Below, piece after piece: positions 52,576-62,106 of a stretch of 64,000 nucleotides of DNA. The position numbers were made by a program, and so were the translations under genes. The stretch spans positions 2,016,001 to 2,080,000 of the forward strand of contig OY970061.1 of NCBI GenBank assembly GCA_963705255.1, given 5' to 3'. Position 1 is the stretch's first letter, and every line of letters starts with the position of its first letter. The DNA is from an uncultured Methanoregulaceae archaeon. GTDB lineage: Archaea; Halobacteriota; Methanomicrobia; Methanomicrobiales; Methanospirillaceae. The notes under the pieces are model-generated. The model saw only the letters and a list, made by a program, of their open reading frames with translations. It was not told where the DNA came from and did no database searches.

Positions 52576-53763
52576 ATGGGCATTATCAAGAAATTCCTCA
52601 ACATGTTCAAATCGGGAAAAGGAGAGGAGGATGAAGCGCGCCTCCGTGCACAGAAGGAGCGCTCAGAGAACTTCCTCAGGGCCCTGACGGAGGGGGACCT
52701 CGACGCCCGGTGGGCAGCAGTCCGGTCTGTCGGTGATCTTGGTGAACCCTTCATCGAACCACTGATACAGGGTCTGAAGGATGAATACTGGATCATCCGG
52801 AGGGGCTCAGCCGACACCCTTGGCAAGATCGGCGCCCCGGCAGTTGCCCCGCTGATCGGTGCGCTGGATGAGCCGTGGGACGATATCCGGCAGGAGACGA
52901 TCCGGGCGCTCCAGCTGATCGGCGAGCCATCGGTCGCGCCCCTCATCCAGGCGACCACGAACCACCACCCGCTCATCCGGCGTGGCGCCGTTCAGGCGCT
53001 CGGTATCATGGGAGAAGGGCGGGCAGTACCGGTCCTGATCGGGTCCCTGAAAGACGCAGACGCGGGCGTCCGGCGCGAGTGTGCCGTTGCGTTAGGCAGG
53101 ATCGGCGATCCTCAGGCAGTCCCGCACCTTGTCGATTGCCTCAGCGATGCACAGGAACAGGTCAGGAGTGCCGCGATGGCTACCCTCTGCTCCCTGGGCG
53201 GGCCATCCATCGGGCCGCTGATCTATGCCCTTGTTGACGTGAATGAGGATGTCTGTCGCCGTGCCGCGATGGCCCTGATCACGATTGGCGAGCCGTCCGT
53301 CGATGCCCTGATATCCGCCCTGAAGGATCCGAACCCCGGCATCCGCAGGGGTGCTGCCGAAGTGCTCGGGCAGATCGGGAACACGAAAGCCATTGGCCCG
53401 ATTATCGATGCATTTGACGATCCTGAACGGCTGGTCAGGAGCGAAGCAGTCCGGTCCCTTGCTGCGCTTGGCGTACCTGCCATTGCCCCGCTCATGCAGG
53501 TCTTCCGTGAAGGTGACAACCGGATGAGGACCGGTGCCATGGAGGCGCTCTGGATGCTGGGCCAGCCGGCAACGACACCGCTTATCATGGTGCTGAAAGA
53601 CGACCAGAGCGATGTGCGGAAGCGGGCAGCGCTCCTGCTTGGTGAGATTGGCGACGCCAAAGCTGTTGACCACCTGACCGGGCTGCTTTCCGACGATAAT
53701 GTTGCGGTGCGTAAGGAAGCGTTCGAAGCTCTCGAGATGATCAAGAACCGGACTTCTCCATAA
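52576..53763 (+). CDS. HEAT/PBS-lyase-like repeat protein
   Basis: About 12 repeats of VR..AA.ALG.IG. Confidence 0.92.
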   Translation: MGIIKKFLNMFKSGKGEEDEARLRAQKERSENFLRALTEGDLDARWAAVRSVGDLGEPFIEPLIQGLKDEYWIIRRGSADTLGKIGAPAVAPLIGALDEPWDDIRQETIRALQLIGEPSVAPLIQATTNHHPLIRRGAVQALGIMGEGRAVPVLIGSLKDADAGVRRECAVALGRIGDPQAVPHLVDCLSDAQEQVRSAAMATLCSLGGPSIGPLIYALVDVNEDVCRRAAMALITIGEPSVDALISALKDPNPGIRRGAAEVLGQIGNTKAIGPIIDAFDDPERLVRSEAVRSLAALGVPAIAPLMQVFREGDNRMRTGAMEALWMLGQPATTPLIMVLKDDQSDVRKRAALLLGEIGDAKAVDHLTGLLSDDNVAVRKEAFEALEMIKNRTSP

Positions 53764-53867
53764 ACTCCCTCCTTTTTTTGAGCAGACATCCGGTTCAGGG
53801 TAGTTATCGGACAATAATCCATCCCGAAGTCTTTTTTCCCTGCCAGTGAAACAGTGATACTGACACC

Positions 53868-54833
53868 ATGTTCGGGTTTTTTTCTTATAAGAAAGCGGTG
53901 ACCGGCCAGTCCGCTGGTGCCAAACAGCAGACCGCCCGGCTCTCGGTCATCTCCAATATATCCCTTGTTGTCATGAAACTCGCTGTCGGGTCAGCCGTTG
54001 GCTCGCTCGCCATCATCTCCGAAGCCCTTCACTCGGGGATAGACCTCCTCGCCGCCCTTATTGCGTACTTATCGATAAAGAAAGCAAGTGAGCCGCCGGA
54101 CGAGATCCACCGGTTCGGGCATGGCAAATTCGAGGACATATCCGGTTTTTTCGAGGCCCTGCTCATCTTTGCTGCCGCTGTCCTGATCATGTACGAAGCC
54201 GTCATGAAACTCATCCACGGTGAAACCGGCCTGGACACCGGCGCGCTGCTGTATGCCGGTATCGCTGTCATGGGGGTTTCGGCGGTGGTGAATTTTTACG
54301 TTTCCGGTCGCCTGATGAATGTGGCAAAAGCGACCGAGTCCATCGCCCTTGAAAGCGACGCCTGGCACCTCCGCACCGACGTCTATACCTCCCTTGGGAT
54401 CATGGCAGGGCTGGTCCTGATCAAACTCACCGGTATCGTGATTCTCGACCAGCTCTTTGCTTTCGGGGTTGCCGTTGTTATCATGCACGCAGCATACGAA
54501 CTGACGGTACGCTCCTTTGGCACCCTCACCGATCGCCGCCTCTCCGATAAGGAGGAGGACCGGATCAAGCAGATCCTGTGCGATCATGCGACGGACTATG
54601 CCAATTTCCATGCCCTGAGGACGAGAAGGTCCGGTGCCGACCGGTTCATCGACCTCCACCTGGTCGTGGCAAAAGATACCACGGTCCAGGAAGCGCACGA
54701 TCTTTCCGATCATCTCGAGTCCGATATCCTTCTTGAGTTCCCGAGGGCGAGCATCTCCATCCATGTGGAACCGTGCAGCGGGGACTGCAACGACTGCTCC
54801 TCTCTGTGCAGGGGACATAAGCCTGCAGTCTGA
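53868..54833 (+). CDS. Cation diffusion facilitator (FieF-like)
   Basis: SEALHSGID, PPDEIHRFGHGKFE, DAWHLRTD, IHVEP. Confidence 0.95.
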   Translation: MFGFFSYKKAVTGQSAGAKQQTARLSVISNISLVVMKLAVGSAVGSLAIISEALHSGIDLLAALIAYLSIKKASEPPDEIHRFGHGKFEDISGFFEALLIFAAAVLIMYEAVMKLIHGETGLDTGALLYAGIAVMGVSAVVNFYVSGRLMNVAKATESIALESDAWHLRTDVYTSLGIMAGLVLIKLTGIVILDQLFAFGVAVVIMHAAYELTVRSFGTLTDRRLSDKEEDRIKQILCDHATDYANFHALRTRRSGADRFIDLHLVVAKDTTVQEAHDLSDHLESDILLEFPRASISIHVEPCSGDCNDCSSLCRGHKPAV

Positions 54834-55091
54834 TCGCAGCTTCTGGTAGTATTGCCTGGTACCCTCCCCTCCGGTACGCCCCTGATCGTACCCTTTGTTT
54901 CCGCACACAGCACTTGCCCGGAGGGAGCAAAGGCCTCTGCCGTTATCGCCCCAGGGCCGGCAGGGTGTCTTTTGCCTTCTCCGGTACATTCTCTCCAACA
55001 CTACCGTGCGGGAATTCTTCCATCCCACTCATCCTGCTGCCATGGCAGGTTCACAACCTATTTCCGATCCGGGGGACACTACCAGTGAGGT

Positions 55092-55535
55092 ATGGCAATG
55101 CGACTGGTGGTTACATTACGAAACCGCGAAGCAGTGACAAAGGGGTCAACGGGTGGCCCTGCAGCTGGTGTCCTGCCCGACACCTACCGCGAACGGCTGA
55201 TCAAGTATATCCCGGTAGAAGTGATCGTGCTCTTCGTAGCGGCATATGGCACGGGCTACGCTGTGCTGGGTACCGAGCCGCTTTTTCCCAGGATTGCCCT
55301 CTGGATAGTTCTTGTGGGGATCATAGGGACACCTCTCTATCTCTGGAAGGCCGGACAGGTGACCGACCTGGTACAGCTGTTCATATCGACTCTTGGGTTT
55401 GTCCTCTGGGTGTTTGCTCTCGGAGTGCTCCCCATTTCAGATCTTCCGTGGTATAACCAGGTGGTCGCCGCGCTGGTCCTGCCGGTGTACGTCTTTGCTT
55501 CGCCACTCGCCGTGGGCATTCCGGACCGCTGGTGA
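55092..55535 (+). CDS. Four-TM membrane protein
   Basis: Y.ERLIKYIPVEVI followed by four hydrophobic helices. Confidence 0.75.
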   Translation: MAMRLVVTLRNREAVTKGSTGGPAAGVLPDTYRERLIKYIPVEVIVLFVAAYGTGYAVLGTEPLFPRIALWIVLVGIIGTPLYLWKAGQVTDLVQLFISTLGFVLWVFALGVLPISDLPWYNQVVAALVLPVYVFASPLAVGIPDRW

Positions 55536-55724
55536 GTGCTCCTATGCCGGGTCACCGCGATCAAAAAAAAGCGCGGTCAGCCGGAAAGAGGCAGCGCCGG
55601 AATGAAAACAGGTCGGGAGGAAAAGGACGGGAAAGGATCATAGTATAGCCGGAAAATGATAAAAAAATGGGCTTTGTAGAAATTCTATTTTATCGCATGA
55701 TTCGCTCATATTCTTCAACGGAAT

Positions 55725-56110
55725 GAGCGTGACCCCCTCTCTCAAGTCGAAGGGGGGAGGCAACGCAAGGGAGCATCCCCTTGAATCTCTGAGAGGTCTT
55801 CGGAATGTCGAAGGTCGGCTTTTGCCTCCCTTCTCCTTCTCGGGATTTGATAACCCCTCGAACCTCGAAGAGGAGAAGATTTACAAAGTAAATCTTCGAC
55901 CCCTTTTTCGGGATTTTTCATAAACCTTCTGAGGGACTATCGCAATTTTGGGGGAAATCTGCCGTTGCCCAAGGCAAGGGCAGATTCGAGAAGATGCGAG
56001 AGCATCTTCGCTGTGCCCTGGTGGCAGGCAATTCGAAGAACGCTGACGCGTTCTTCTCTTGTCTCCATGACTTCGTCATGTCGACATCCCCAAGAGCGAC
56101 TGCTTGTCTC
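55725..56110. repeat. Tandem-GA hairpin repeat, cluster E (largest, nested)
   Basis: 55807-55878 is similar to revcomp 39692-39764; GA-GAAGATTTAC-aaa-GTAAATCTTC-GA; TGTC-TC-CATGAC-ttc-GTCATG-TC-GACA. Confidence 0.85.
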
Positions 56111-56148
56111 TATAAGGATTTCTACAGAACCAAACAATGAGAAAGGAC

Positions 56149-56815
56149 TTACAGTTCCCCGAGGTCCTTCCAGTAGTCGGTACTCATGCTTCCAGAATTC
56201 TTTGTTGAATGACACCAGGCGTTTGAAGTACTCTTTGCGCTCGTGGTGGTATTTTTCCTGGGCCGGGTCTTTCCACTTCGTCCTGACGGCATCGGCCAGT
56301 CTTCTCCCGAGTTCCTTTGCCTGGTGTTCTCCGCCGGTGATGGCATTCGGGTCTGCGCCGACAAGCACTCCGACTCTTCCTACCGTTGTTGCCCCGAGGT
56401 TCTGGAGCGTGACGTTCATGTAGTCGGCAACCTCGTCTGCCATGGAGCCCCCCGCCGTGCAGACACCGCACCCGTACTTCCCGGCGAATGACTGGCAGTG
56501 GATCGAGTCGGCCATCCGGTCGAGTACCGTTTTGAGCTGGGCCGTGACCTGGTTGATATAATTCGGTGAACCGAGCACGATCCCGTCCGCGTCCATCATC
56601 TTTTCGAGAAGCGCGGGAAAGTCGTCATCGTTGACGCACTCGCCTTTCGCATAACAGGTCCCGCATGCAGTGCAGTACTTTATATCGAGGCCACAGATGT
56701 CTATGAACGTTACATCCGCTCCCGCCTGGCGCGCTCCTTCGAGCACCCCCATGACAAGCCGACGGGTCTGGCTCTTCTCCCCTTTCGGGCTCGCGTTGAT
56801 TCCGATGATCTTCAC
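56149..56815 (-). CDS. Iron-sulfur flavoprotein / NADPH-dependent FMN reductase family; frameshift ~56180
   Basis: NASPKG..S.T, C..C..C.....C motif, ADGIVLGSPNY. Confidence 0.9.
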
Positions 56816-56958
56816 GATATCACCTACTGTACTGGTGCCTGCCGGGTATCATAAAGATGTGCGGTACCCGCTCATAACCGGAATGTTCCGGCGGAATACA
56901 TCTGCAAAAGGGAGGACACTTATAGGCGGTACGGACCATCACTTTTTGTGAATCAACC

Positions 56959-57348
56959 ATGATCATCCGCGATGTCACCGATTGCTCTCATGAACGGGTC
57001 ATTGACCGGTCCCTTCTCTGCGAGCTCCTCCATCCCGACAGGGTGGAAGGGACAGGAAGTCTCGGGTGCAGTGTCGCCCACGCGATCGTCCCGCACGGTG
57101 AATCGACTCTTCCGCATGTATTGAAAACATCATCGGAACTCTACTATATCCTCGAAGGGACGGGAGAGATGCATATCGGCCGCGAGAGCACGCCGGTTCA
57201 TGGAGGCCAGATTGTATACATTCCCCGTGGTGAGCAGCAGCATATCCGTAATTCCGGCTCAGGAGATCTTGTATTTCTCTGCATCGTTGCCCCGAAATGG
57301 CAGGCCGCGGACGAGGAACTTGTCAGATATCCTGCCGGTCAAAAGTAA
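56959..57348 (+). CDS. Cupin-domain protein
   Basis: PH.....ELYYILEGTG, YIPRG..QHIRNSG. Confidence 0.9.
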   Translation: MIIRDVTDCSHERVIDRSLLCELLHPDRVEGTGSLGCSVAHAIVPHGESTLPHVLKTSSELYYILEGTGEMHIGRESTPVHGGQIVYIPRGEQQHIRNSGSGDLVFLCIVAPKWQAADEELVRYPAGQK

Positions 57349-57411
57349 CCTGAGCGAGGAATGGCGTACCGATGCGGATGTTTTTTATAAATTGAGCAAT
57401 ATTCCTCATCT

Positions 57412-57774
57412 ATGGGTATCACAGGTCTAAGTCAGGAAAACAGGACACGGGTATTCTTCTTCCTGATCCTTTTTGCTGCCGTGCTCTGGGCAGTATTCCT
57501 CCTGCAGCGCGGCGAGATATTCCAGCTCAGTATCCTGGTCGCATCGCTTGCCGCCATCAACCCGGTGGTAGGACTTATCGAAGTGAGAAATCCCCGGAAA
57601 GCACGGTCCCTGTTCTTCCTGTATCTTCTTATCCTTGTGGGCCTCCTGTGGGCGACGTTTCTCATTGTCCTCGGGGTTCAGCTCTGGATCAGCCTCTTCC
57701 TCATCATCGTTGCCATCGGGATACCCGCAATCCTCAAGATGACTACCCATGAACTGGATCCGGTTGTGAAGTAA
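57412..57774 (+). CDS. Four-TM membrane protein
   Basis: Hydrophobicity pattern with internal two-fold similarity (LWAVFL/LWATFL). Confidence 0.7.
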   Translation: MGITGLSQENRTRVFFFLILFAAVLWAVFLLQRGEIFQLSILVASLAAINPVVGLIEVRNPRKARSLFFLYLLILVGLLWATFLIVLGVQLWISLFLIIVAIGIPAILKMTTHELDPVVK

Positions 57775-57983
57775 CATATTTACGATTTTATCACGAAACC
57801 GATACCAGGCAGGAAAATTATCCCTTACGAGAGGAAAGGCCGGGGGTACAGGGTATCCTGTCGTCAAAACCGGAATGAAAATGCATCGATGGCGTCTTTG
57901 CTGGTTGCTGTGACCGGCCCGGTTGCCGGGACAATAGTCCACCGGATTTCTGACAATTCAAAAAGAGACAGGATCAAAAAAAG

Positions 57984-58577
57984 TTATTCCCAGTAATATT
58001 TTACAAACAGCTTAGATTTCTGGATGGATGGCGTGAAGACCCGGAGTGCAACCGGTATTATCAGGACGGTCACGATAATGTTGCCGACCAGCCAGCTGGA
58101 GAAGACACTGCCCATCTGGCCGCCAGGGATTACGTTGCCGAGCCCGAGGGTCCAGGCACCCCATGCGGCACCGACGATATTGTTGATCACGACGCCGAAG
58201 AGGAGGAGGAGGGATATGTCCCGCCGGTTTTTCAGCGTCAGGTCGACTTCGAAGGTACGGAGCGCCACCAGCGGGATAAGGACCTGGAGGAGTCCGGCAA
58301 CAGCCCAGTATATCGCGACATCGGGATGGCTGGCAATGGTCCCGGCGGAGAGGAGCCCTGACCCGATCAGCGTGCCGGCATACGCGGCAATTGCACCATA
58401 GGCGCCAAACCAGAGCGTGAAGAGGATCATGAACGCAACGGCAGGATACAGCCAGGAGACCCCGCTCACGCCCGCGGGGAAGAGAGCACCGGAGAGCTGG
58501 GCGAGGAGGATGTTGACAACGATGAGAACGAGCGTGAGAATGACAAAGGAGTACGTGGGTTCATGGACGTTTTTCAT
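57984..58577 (-). CDS. MASE1-like integral membrane protein
   Basis: SWLYPAVA, LWFG..G, WLVGNI. Confidence 0.65.
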   Translation of the reverse strand: MKNVHEPTYSFVILTLVLIVVNILLAQLSGALFPAGVSGVSWLYPAVAFMILFTLWFGAYGAIAAYAGTLIGSGLLSAGTIASHPDVAIYWAVAGLLQVLIPLVALRTFEVDLTLKNRRDISLLLLFGVVINNIVGAAWGAWTLGLGNVIPGGQMGSVFSSWLVGNIIVTVLIIPVALRVFTPSIQKSKLFVKYYWE

Positions 58578-58811
58578 GAATTCACCTGTATTCCATATGG
58601 TACGTGTATATATAGTATTTTTCCGGGTTCTGGCAAGTTGTCGGGAGTTCGACTATTCCGGAATCTTTGTCAAAAATCGGCAGCTCGCAATGTAAACTTT
58701 GAGGATTGTTGAAAGCAGTTATCATCATGGGATAAAAGTTAGTGTTAACTGTCGTGGATTAGAAGAAAAAATTTGTTACTGTGGTAGCGGACGATTATAA
58801 TTAATGTACCA

Positions 58812-59383
58812 TTAATCGTCGTTGTAATCGCTTAAAGGTACATTCTTGCTGATTCTCTCAAGCTCTCTGTGAATGTCAATATAAAGCGGGACTGTATCAC
58901 GCCCTTTCAATTTTTGAGGATCTATGATTGCTTCATGAAAATCAAACCTTTTGTAGAACCCAACGGCTTCTGGTTCGCATCGACCGTAATAATTCTGCAA
59001 CCGATATATGCTGAGAATCGGATCCAGATTGCGTAAATCTTTCTAAGCATACAGCGGCCTATTCCCTGTCGTTCAAATTCTTGATGGGTGGCTAAACGTG
59101 CAATTTTTAGTGCAGGATATGTACTATATGTAAAACCGGGATCTCCATCTCCATTAATGAGTTCCTTCTTCTTGATGACGTCAGTGACCAGAGTGAAATA
59201 CCCCGCAAGCCGACCTTTATAAAAAACGAGTCGTGTAACTGATGTCCGGTCTAACTGATTCTCATAGGCATCCTCAATTAAAAAGCCCTTCAATTCATCA
59301 TTATTGCATTTAAAAGTGGGAAGATGATGAAGATAATCAGCAGTCAGAACTAAAAAGTCTAGATCTTCACAGCCGATACTCAT
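58812..59383 (-). CDS. GNAT acetyltransferase toxin (AtaT/TacT-like); frameshift ~58975
   Basis: F.C.NDEL..FL...A, YPALKIARLA....RQGIG, GCRIITVDA, A..FY. Confidence 0.85.
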
Positions 59384-59530
59384 TTAAAGACGTGATCTCT
59401 CAGCTAACTCAGCCGCTTCCCTAATCAGCTTACGACCCGCATCAGTATATTTCGGATTATCAATATATTCTTGAAATCTGATAGACTCCTCGTGATCAAG
59501 GACGAGTCCCAACTCAATAGGTTTTGCCAT
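59384..59530 (-). CDS. 48-aa putative antitoxin MAKPIELGLVLDHEESIRFQEYIDNP...
   Basis: Hand-translated; TAA immediately precedes the GNAT ATG; purine-rich RBS. Confidence 0.7.
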   Translation of the reverse strand: MAKPIELGLVLDHEESIRFQEYIDNPKYTDAGRKLIREAAELAERSRL

Positions 59531-59760
59531 CTCTCATCTCCCCTATGTTAACACGAGTGTTAACACTTTGTTAGCAATGTTATATTATAATTACTTAAAG
59601 ATTATTCCATTTTACTAGAGAACACTCTCTTATTTTATAGAGAAAAATTCCATAACTGGTTGTTATCTCACATCATCATGAATTCATTTGTTCTTATGTT
59701 TTTACCAACAGCCACTTATCACACCCATTAGAATCTATCTAAAAGAAAAAAATATTGAGA

Positions 59761-59975
59761 TTATTTTACTCGTGCCATCTGGCTTGCATTCCGTATCAAT
59801 ACCATCCACTTGGTATCCCCCTCAACAACAATCCCGCACGCCTCAGCGGGTGTCTTTCCTTTTAACGCTTCGTGCCCACGGACAAAGTTGTGGTAAATCT
59901 GCATTCCGGGGAGGATCTTTGTATCGACTTTCTTTAACCCGCGCATTGCTTGTTCCCGGTCCCGAATCAACTTGA
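59761..59975 (-). pseudogene. 3' remnant of a DDE transposase/integrase
   Basis: RGLKK...IYHNFVR.H..LKGKTPAEACGI is the typical end of an rve/DDE domain; no 5' part present. Confidence 0.75.
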
Positions 59976-60097
59976 CAGAACCTTGTTGCGGTCCGGCCGG
60001 AAGCGGTACCGTTCCGGTCTTTCAGCCCGGCCGGAACAGTGATATGCAGCAATTATTATTGCAGCGATACCGAACTATAGATTGAGGAAGGTCGCTC

Positions 60098-61204
60098 ATG
60101 AAGAAGTCACAGGACCCGGATCTGGCTTCAGTATCTGCGGAAGAGGCTGAACTGGTACAGGCAGCGATGCAGGCCGTGAGCGAACGCGACAACGCAGGAC
60201 TCGAAGGGCTCGTCGGCGGCCTTGATTCCGTCATCATCACCACCGAACCGGACAACCTCGTCCCCGCCGTCTACGAACTGCTGAGGTATACCGGCCTCTC
60301 GTGCCAGGAGGCATTTTTTAACGCCGAAGCGCAGAGCTATGTCCTTGGCCTCCCGGGATCAGCGTCCCTTATCATACGGTCACGCGGCGGGGCGCCAAAC
60401 CCGTTTGCCGGTGCCAATAAAGCCCGGCTGACTGCACACCTCCCCAATACACGGCTCGAGACGTTCGTCTTCTCCACGCCGGATATCCGGCAGTACGTGG
60501 CGATCCAGAAGAAAAGGGGGGTGAAGTTCCTCACTGCCGGTCCCCGGGAATCGGATTACTTCCTGTTCATCCAGACCGTCCCCTCCCCGTTCACCGGAAA
60601 CTCGGTCGGGTTCATCGAATGGCAGGATGATATGAAGACCTATGCACCACAGGGGGCGACCCGTGTCTCACCTGACCTTGAAAAGCCGTCGTTCCGCCAC
60701 CTCGGCAATATCTTTGAGCTCGACCATGTTGCCACCCGTGTGCGGGCCCAGGACCGGAAGGCCGCCATCCTCGAATTCGTCGGTCTCACCAATTACCATT
60801 ACGATTTCGGCGTGCATGTCAGGTCCCTCAACTCGATCACGAGCGTGGCACGGCGCAACCCTGACGATTTTGCCATGGTGTTCACTTCCGGGATCACCCC
60901 CTTCGTCTCGGAAGAGGTGTCCGGGCCTACCGAGAAGTTCATCCGGAACTACGGGACCCGGGCCCACCATATGGCGTTCCGGACCGGGAATATCGAGGCG
61001 ACGATAAAGAACCTGAAAAAAGACGGGATGAAGTTCCTGCTCGAGCTGGCAGGTTCTGAAGAGGAGGGGCTCAAACAGATCTTCTCGGAGCCTTCGCCCT
61101 CCACCCTGATCGTCAACGAATACATCCACCGGTATGGTGGTTTTGACGGCTTTTTTACCCGATCCAACGTAGAAAAACTGACCGGGGCAACCGCACGACA
61201 GTAA
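60098..61204 (+). CDS. VOC-superfamily (4-HPPD-like) metalloenzyme
   Basis: LDHVA, HHMAF, LKQIFS, EYIHR and GFF..NV metal-triad pattern. Confidence 0.75.
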   Translation: MKKSQDPDLASVSAEEAELVQAAMQAVSERDNAGLEGLVGGLDSVIITTEPDNLVPAVYELLRYTGLSCQEAFFNAEAQSYVLGLPGSASLIIRSRGGAPNPFAGANKARLTAHLPNTRLETFVFSTPDIRQYVAIQKKRGVKFLTAGPRESDYFLFIQTVPSPFTGNSVGFIEWQDDMKTYAPQGATRVSPDLEKPSFRHLGNIFELDHVATRVRAQDRKAAILEFVGLTNYHYDFGVHVRSLNSITSVARRNPDDFAMVFTSGITPFVSEEVSGPTEKFIRNYGTRAHHMAFRTGNIEATIKNLKKDGMKFLLELAGSEEEGLKQIFSEPSPSTLIVNEYIHRYGGFDGFFTRSNVEKLTGATARQ

Positions 61205-61274
61205 AAAAAGATTATCCGGCTTCAGGCATTCCGGGTTATTGCCGGGCGGGGCCCTGAAAGATGTTTTTGACGGT

Positions 61275-61781
61275 TCAGGCCGGCTGGGCATTCATGTCAG
61301 GCGGGATCAGGTGCCTGAGTATGAGTTCCGGGACCTGGTCGGATGTCCTGACGGTCATGGTGAAGTCCGCGTTTCCTCCGGTCGAGCCGAGATAGGTCAG
61401 GGTTATCTGGAAGTCCGTGTCAAAGACCGGGATACCCATAACAGTTATCCGTGCGTGCCGGGGGCTGATCACCCGTTCCTGTCCGACCACCAGTTCCTCT
61501 TTTGTCCCGTCCACGTCTGCCACCGTCCCGTTGTTATACGACACGACAAGGATATGGCTGCTCCCGATCGTGATCGGCTCCCCGTCCGGGAGGGTGACCC
61601 GGTACGTCGTGGTGTACGGGAGCGCCGTCCCGGTCGTCGTATCGAGCACTGCGATGGTGAGGGTAAAAACAGCGAGGGTGGCAATGACGATGACCAGGAG
61701 TACGATGCCGAGCAGGACCTTCGTCCCGGTACTCCAGCCTCGTGCGCCCTTTGTATCAGCACTTCGGGAACTTTCCGCCAT
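61275..61781 (-). CDS. Membrane-anchored hypothetical protein
   Basis: One TM plus beta-rich domain. Confidence 0.7.
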   Translation of the reverse strand: MAESSRSADTKGARGWSTGTKVLLGIVLLVIVIATLAVFTLTIAVLDTTTGTALPYTTTYRVTLPDGEPITIGSSHILVVSYNNGTVADVDGTKEELVVGQERVISPRHARITVMGIPVFDTDFQITLTYLGSTGGNADFTMTVRTSDQVPELILRHLIPPDMNAQPA

Positions 61782-61867
61782 AGGTCTTCCATTGTACAGG
61801 AGTTCCCGGAATATTATATGGGTTGTGGATTTGTCGTGTCCCGGCCCGCTCATCCCGTGGTGCTGGT

Positions 61868-62060
61868 ACTATCAAAGTCGAAGAAATTTTGATGAATCTC
61901 ATCTCCTGCCTGTTTTTCTCTCAGTGCTGATACTGACATGGTCGAAGAAATTCTTTTTTGAATTTCTTCTCCAGCCTGCCCTTCCCTGCGGGATCCGAGA
62001 GGTTCGACAGAACCTCGAGGAGGAGGAGAATTCATCAGAATTCTTCGACCAAGGCAGGCT
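61868..62060. repeat. Tandem-GA hairpin repeat, cluster F
   Basis: 61997-62048 GA-GAGGTTC-gaca-GAACCTC-GA-ggag-GA-GGAGAATT-catcag-AATTCTTC-GA enclosed by AGCCTGCC/GGCAGGCT. Confidence 0.85.
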
Positions 62061-62106
62061 ATCATAAACTCCATAACCCCCCCCGGCCCAGTATTATAGG
62101 ATTTTG

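Noticed and set aside
27385-62060. CRISPR array interpretation of the hairpin clusters
   Set aside because: No identical direct repeats with regular unique spacers and no cas genes in the window
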